A DNA stretch of 64,000 bases from Gemmatimonadales bacterium (GTDB lineage: Bacteria > Gemmatimonadota > Gemmatimonadetes > Gemmatimonadales > GWC2-71-9), in the NCBI GenBank assembly GCA_041615815.1, contig JBFJCP010000001.1:32001-96000 (forward strand), read 5' to 3'. This document shows, piece by piece, positions 59,920-64,000 of the stretch (the stretch's first letter is position 1; each line of letters opens with the position of its first letter). Below the pieces are notes generated by a model. The model saw nothing but the letters and a program-made list of their open reading frames with translations. It did not search any database and was not told the DNA's origin. A program made the translations under genes and the position numbers.

Positions 59920-61552
59920 CAGTGGGCGAGAGCGATGGACCAAGCGCTACGACGAAGGACGCAAGCGCGATATCGATTTCGTGACCCAGAGCTCCGCCCC
60001 GGTCGATCCCCTCTACACCCCACGGGCCGTGGAGGGATTCGACTATGACCGCGACCTCGGATACCCTGGGGAGTTTCCCTTCACGCGCGGTATCCATCCC
60101 ACCATGTATCGTGGCCGGTTATGGACCATGCGTCAGTTCGCCGGCTTCGGAACTGCCGAGGACACGAACGAGCGATACAAGTACCTGCTAGAGCATGGTC
60201 AAACGGGTCTGTCCGTCGCCTTCGACTTTCCCACGCTCATGGGCTATGACTCCGACCATGCTCGGGCCGAAGGCGAAGTAGGGAAATGCGGTGTTGCGAT
60301 CTCGTCCCTCGCGGACATGGAAACGCTCTTTGATGGGATTCCGCTCGATCAGGTGTCGACGTCGATGACGATCAACGGACCGGCGGCGTTGCTGTTCTGT
60401 TTTTACGTCGCGGCGGCCGAGCGACAGGGAGTCGACCTCGCGCAACTCCGGGGTACCGTCCAGAATGACATTCTGAAAGAGTACATGGCGCAGCACGCCT
60501 GGATCTTTCCCGCGGAGCCGGCGCTGAAGATCATCGTGGATATGTTCGAGTGGGCAACCGAGCATACGCCCATGTGGAATACGATTTCCATCAGCGGCTA
60601 TCATATCCGCGAGGCAGGAGCCACAGCAGTTCAAGAGCTGGCGTTCACGCTGGCCAATGGGTTCGAGTACGTCGAGCGGGGGATTGCTCGTGGCCTAGCT
60701 GTGGACGCGTTCACACCTCGGCTCTCGTTCTTTTGGGATGTGCACAACGATTTCTTCGAGGAGATCGCGAAAATGCGGGCGGCGCGGCGCATCTGGGCGC
60801 GTCACCTCCGCGACCGATACGGTGCGCAGTCCGAACGCGCGTGGACCATGCGGTTTCACTGCCAAACGGCCGGCGTGTCGCTGACCGCCCAACAACCGAT
60901 GAACAACGTGGTACGGGTGGCGTACCAGGCGATGGCGGCGGCGCTGGGTGGGGCACAGTCGCTGCACACCAACTCCCTGGATGAGACCTATGCCCTGCCG
61001 ACGGAAGAAAGTGTCACGCTGGCGCTGCGAACACAGCAGATCCTCGCCTACGAAACCGGCGTCGCCAATGTGATCGACCCGCTGGGCGGGTCGTATTTCC
61101 TCGAGGCCCTGACGGATCGGATGGAACGCGAGGCCGAGTCGCTCTTTGCGGAAATCGCAGCCCAAGGTGGTGTGGTGCCAGGCATCGAATCCGGCTGGTT
61201 CCAACGCCAGATTCATCAAAGCGCCATGCGGTTTCAGCGAGAGGTGGAAGACAGACGGAGGCTCGTGGTGGGCGTCAACGCGTTCCGCGATGGCTCGGGG
61301 AGCGATCTGGAGATCCTCAAGGTGAGTGACGAGCCGGCGCGGGTGCAGCGTCGTCGCCTGCAAGCGCTCCGAGCACAGCGGGATAACGCCCAAGTCGAGC
61401 GCGCGCTCACGGCCCTTCGCACGGCCGCCGAGCGCGATGACAACGTAATTCCAGCCATGTTGGACTGTGCGCGTGCCTATTGCACGCTGTTCGAGATCCG
61501 GCATGCGCTAGAGGAGGTGTATGGTGCCTACCGCGAGCCGGTCATCTTCTGA
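59909..61552 (+). CDS. AdoCbl-dependent acyl-CoA mutase large (substrate-binding) subunit, isobutyryl-CoA mutase-type residues
   Basis: [46 protein letters not shown]; no B12-binding domain. Confidence 0.92.
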
Positions 61553-62786
61553 GCGCGACGTCATCGAGCGGGGAGCGAACCGTTCCTCGGATACATCGGG
61601 AGCGGGTGTACGCGAGCTGCGGCCGTTGGTGGAGTGGCTCACCGCCCTGGGCGCCCAGGAACAGGAGTGGGTCGTCTCCTGCTACCTGAAGCTGGAGCCG
61701 CGGGACCGCAGCCGAGGCAAATACCTGATCAAGCTGAAGAATCGAGTCAAGGAGCGGCTGGACTGGTTGGAGCGTCGTGGCGTCAGCCGAGACACTCGGG
61801 AAGCCGTGGGACGCGATTTGGCACGGGTACGGGGGTATTTGGAGCATCCCACGAACCTGCCACCGGGCCGCGGAATCGCGATATTCGCGTCCGAAGCCTT
61901 AAACCTCTTCGAGACCATTCCTCTTCCGCGAGTGTTCCGATCCCGCCTGTCGGTGGACCGCTCGCCTCTGGTGCGTGAGCTGGCGGCCCTGGACGACGAG
62001 TTCGGCCTGGTGCTGTGCGCGCTGTACGATCGGACGACGGCGCGATTCTTCCAGGTAACCGCCTCCGACGTGGAAGAGCTCACAGGCATGCCGGCGGGCG
62101 ACGCCACACGGGGCGGCAAGTTCCGTCGCGGCCGTTCGGTCCCTGGTCGCGGCACCGGCTTAGCCGGCGCAGGCGAGCACAACTACCACCAACGCATTCA
62201 GGAAGAGAAACAGCGCCATTATGCCCAGATCGCACAACGGCTGTTCGAGCTGGCGCGGGGGGATGCGGTCCGCGGCATCGTCCTGGCGGGGACGGGCGCC
62301 GAAGCCGATGCGGTCCGCTCCCATCTGCATCCTTACGTCGAGAAGCGTTTGATGAGCGCCGTACGCTTGAACCCCAAGTCCGCGACTCCGCAAGAGGTGA
62401 TGGAGGCGGTCCTGGAAGCGCGACGGGAGCAAGAGCGCCAGTGGGAGGTGCAGGCGATTGAGACGATGGCGGAAGGCCTCGGGACGGGGTGGGCCGTGAA
62501 CGGCGCGGAACCGACGCTCACCGCTCTGGCGCGCGGCCAGGTGCGTACGCTGCTCGTGGACCCGATGGCGGAGCTCGGCGGCTACCGGTGTCATGATTCC
62601 GGACGCCTGACGACCGTACAAGACCACTGTGAGGGCGAGGGTGTTCCGGAACCGATGCCCGACATCATCGACGAAGCCATCGAGGACGCGCTACGCCAAG
62701 GCAGCCATGTCGAGGTGCTGGAAGACCAATCCGCCAGGAACCAGGTGGACGCACTCGCGGCGCTTCTGCGCTTCAAACACCGGTGA
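61521..62786 (+). CDS. Bacterial aeRF1/Pelota-like (baeRF) protein
   Basis: VVSCYL..GIAIFAS..PLP (N domain); [13 protein letters not shown] (middle domain); [20 protein letters not shown] (eRF1 domain 3); start uncertain. Confidence 0.8.
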   Translation: MVPTASRSSSERDVIERGANRSSDTSGAGVRELRPLVEWLTALGAQEQEWVVSCYLKLEPRDRSRGKYLIKLKNRVKERLDWLERRGVSRDTREAVGRDLARVRGYLEHPTNLPPGRGIAIFASEALNLFETIPLPRVFRSRLSVDRSPLVRELAALDDEFGLVLCALYDRTTARFFQVTASDVEELTGMPAGDATRGGKFRRGRSVPGRGTGLAGAGEHNYHQRIQEEKQRHYAQIAQRLFELARGDAVRGIVLAGTGAEADAVRSHLHPYVEKRLMSAVRLNPKSATPQEVMEAVLEARREQERQWEVQAIETMAEGLGTGWAVNGAEPTLTALARGQVRTLLVDPMAELGGYRCHDSGRLTTVQDHCEGEGVPEPMPDIIDEAIEDALRQGSHVEVLEDQSARNQVDALAALLRFKHR

Positions 62787-62832
62787 CGATCTGCTTGTCA
62801 CCTCCAATCGCCATTACTAGGTTGCGCGCACA

Positions 62833-63276
62833 ATGAGCGGCCAGGCAACTTCTCGGACGCCCTCGGACAGCCAGGCGCGACCCATTCGGATCTTGGTGGG
62901 AAAGCCTGGGCTCGACGGCCATGACCGTGGTGCGAAAGTCGTGGCGGCAGCCCTGCGGGATGCCGGCATGGAAGTCATCTACACTGGGCTTCACCAAACA
63001 CCGGAGATGATCGCGACGGCCGCGGTGCAGGAAGACGTGGACGTGGTGGGGTTGTCCATTCTCTCCGGTGCGCACATGACGCTCTTCCCACGAGTCCGGG
63101 CCCTGCTGGCCGACGCCGGACGCGACGACGTCCTGCTCATTGGCGGCGGGATCATCCCGCATGAGGATATCGAGCGGCTCGAGCGGGAAGGTGTGGCGAA
63201 ACTCTTCACGCCGGGGACGACCACCAGCGACATCATCGATTTCATTCACACGTGGGCGGCGAGTCGCGCCGAGTGA
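62833..63276 (+). CDS. Cobalamin-binding small subunit of acyl-CoA mutase
   Basis: [10 protein letters not shown] (DxHxxG), [19 protein letters not shown]. Confidence 0.95.
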   Translation: MSGQATSRTPSDSQARPIRILVGKPGLDGHDRGAKVVAAALRDAGMEVIYTGLHQTPEMIATAAVQEDVDVVGLSILSGAHMTLFPRVRALLADAGRDDVLLIGGGIIPHEDIERLEREGVAKLFTPGTTTSDIIDFIHTWAASRAE

Positions 63277-64000
63277 GCGGAACGTCCACTGGCCACCGAA
63301 GCCGGCTTCGGGAGCTGACCGAGGCGTACCGCGAACTCGCGGTGCGGTTGTCGCAGGGTGGTGGCCCCGACCGCATCGCCCGCCAGCACCAGCAGGGGAA
63401 GCTGACCGCGCGCGAGCGCGTGCAGCAACTGCGCGATGCAGACACGCCCTGGATCGAGATCGGACTGCTCGTGGCGTATGACCGTTACGAGGGCCAAGCG
63501 CCGGGTGCGGGGGTCGTCACGGGCGTGGGGATCGTGGCGGACCACCATTGTGTGGTCGTGGCAAACGACGCCACGGTCAAGGCAGGGTCGTGGTGGCCCG
63601 AAACGATCAAGAAGATGCTGCGCGCGCAGGAAATCGCGATGCGGCAGCGTATACCGATCATCTATCTCGTCGATTCGGCTGGCGTGAATCTCCCCTACCA
63701 GGGTGGCGTGTTTCCGGGACAGTACGGGGCGGCCCGACTGTTCTACTACAACTCGATCATGCGGCGCTATCTCCACGTGCCCCAAATCAGCGCCGTGATG
63801 GGCCAGTGCGTTGCCGGGGGTGCGTATCTGCCGGCGCTTTCCGATGTCATTTTCATGGTAGAAGGCACGTCGTTCATGGGACTGGGTGGGCCCAATCTGG
63901 TGCAAGGCGCCACCGGGCAGCGCGTCGATGCCGAGACGCTCGGCGGGGCGGTCACGCACACCACCAAGAGCGGCGTCGCCCACTACCGGGCACGGAACGA
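63273..64000 (+). CDS. Acyl-CoA carboxylase carboxyltransferase (MCC/PCC beta-like), 3'-truncated
   Basis: Not in the ORF track because it has no stop in the window; translated from GTG 63273: [34 protein letters not shown]. Confidence 0.9.
   Translation, partial: MSGTSTGHRSRLRELTEAYRELAVRLSQGGGPDRIARQHQQGKLTARERVQQLRDADTPWIEIGLLVAYDRYEGQAPGAGVVTGVGIVADHHCVVVANDATVKAGSWWPETIKKMLRAQEIAMRQRIPIIYLVDSAGVNLPYQGGVFPGQYGAARLFYYNSIMRRYLHVPQISAVMGQCVAGGAYLPALSDVIFMVEGTSFMGLGGPNLVQGATGQRVDAETLGGAVTHTTKSGVAHYRARN

Overview
This is a GC-rich bacterial chromosome segment of mostly core genes. Gene content and style suggest Gemmatimonadota, which is an inference and not a tested assignment. In order, it holds: a partial M16 peptidase, ald, mreBCD-mrdA-rodA, accD-folC-hisS-proS-lysA-guaA, a PTS IIA gene, dusB-larB-GGDEF, tmRNA (ssrA) and a barrel-less TonB-plug protein. 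Next is a ~15 kb minus-strand operon (truA-tal-htrA-purB-purC-psd-pssA-purS-purQ-lipoprotein-zinc ribbon-purL-purF-ppdK). The trp cluster that follows is interrupted by an antisense lexA and by a HEAT/HD-GYP pair, and continues into an MCP-like receptor and folB-folK-yqeK-LytR_C. The remainder is rlmN, a PorV-like gene, aspS-phoH-pgpH-ybeY-2xCNNM/CBS-DUF502-mgtE, and a B12 acyl-CoA mutase cluster containing an aeRF1-like gene. I saw no CRISPR array, integrase, transposase or tRNA. The most notable signals are: (1) a signalling cassette inside the trp operon whose HD-GYP carries the RxxQ signature linked to cGAMP-specific phosphodiesterases and shares an N-terminal domain with its HEAT partner; (2) four CCGAA half-sites (two CCGAA-N6-CCGAA direct repeats) over the lexA promoter, a candidate SOS box; (3) an isobutyryl-CoA-mutase-type active site; (4) a GGQ-less aeRF1/Balon-like protein; (5) recurrent promoter-like motifs that imply leaderless mRNAs. 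All calls come from manual motif recognition with no database searches, and several start codons were adjusted by eye.
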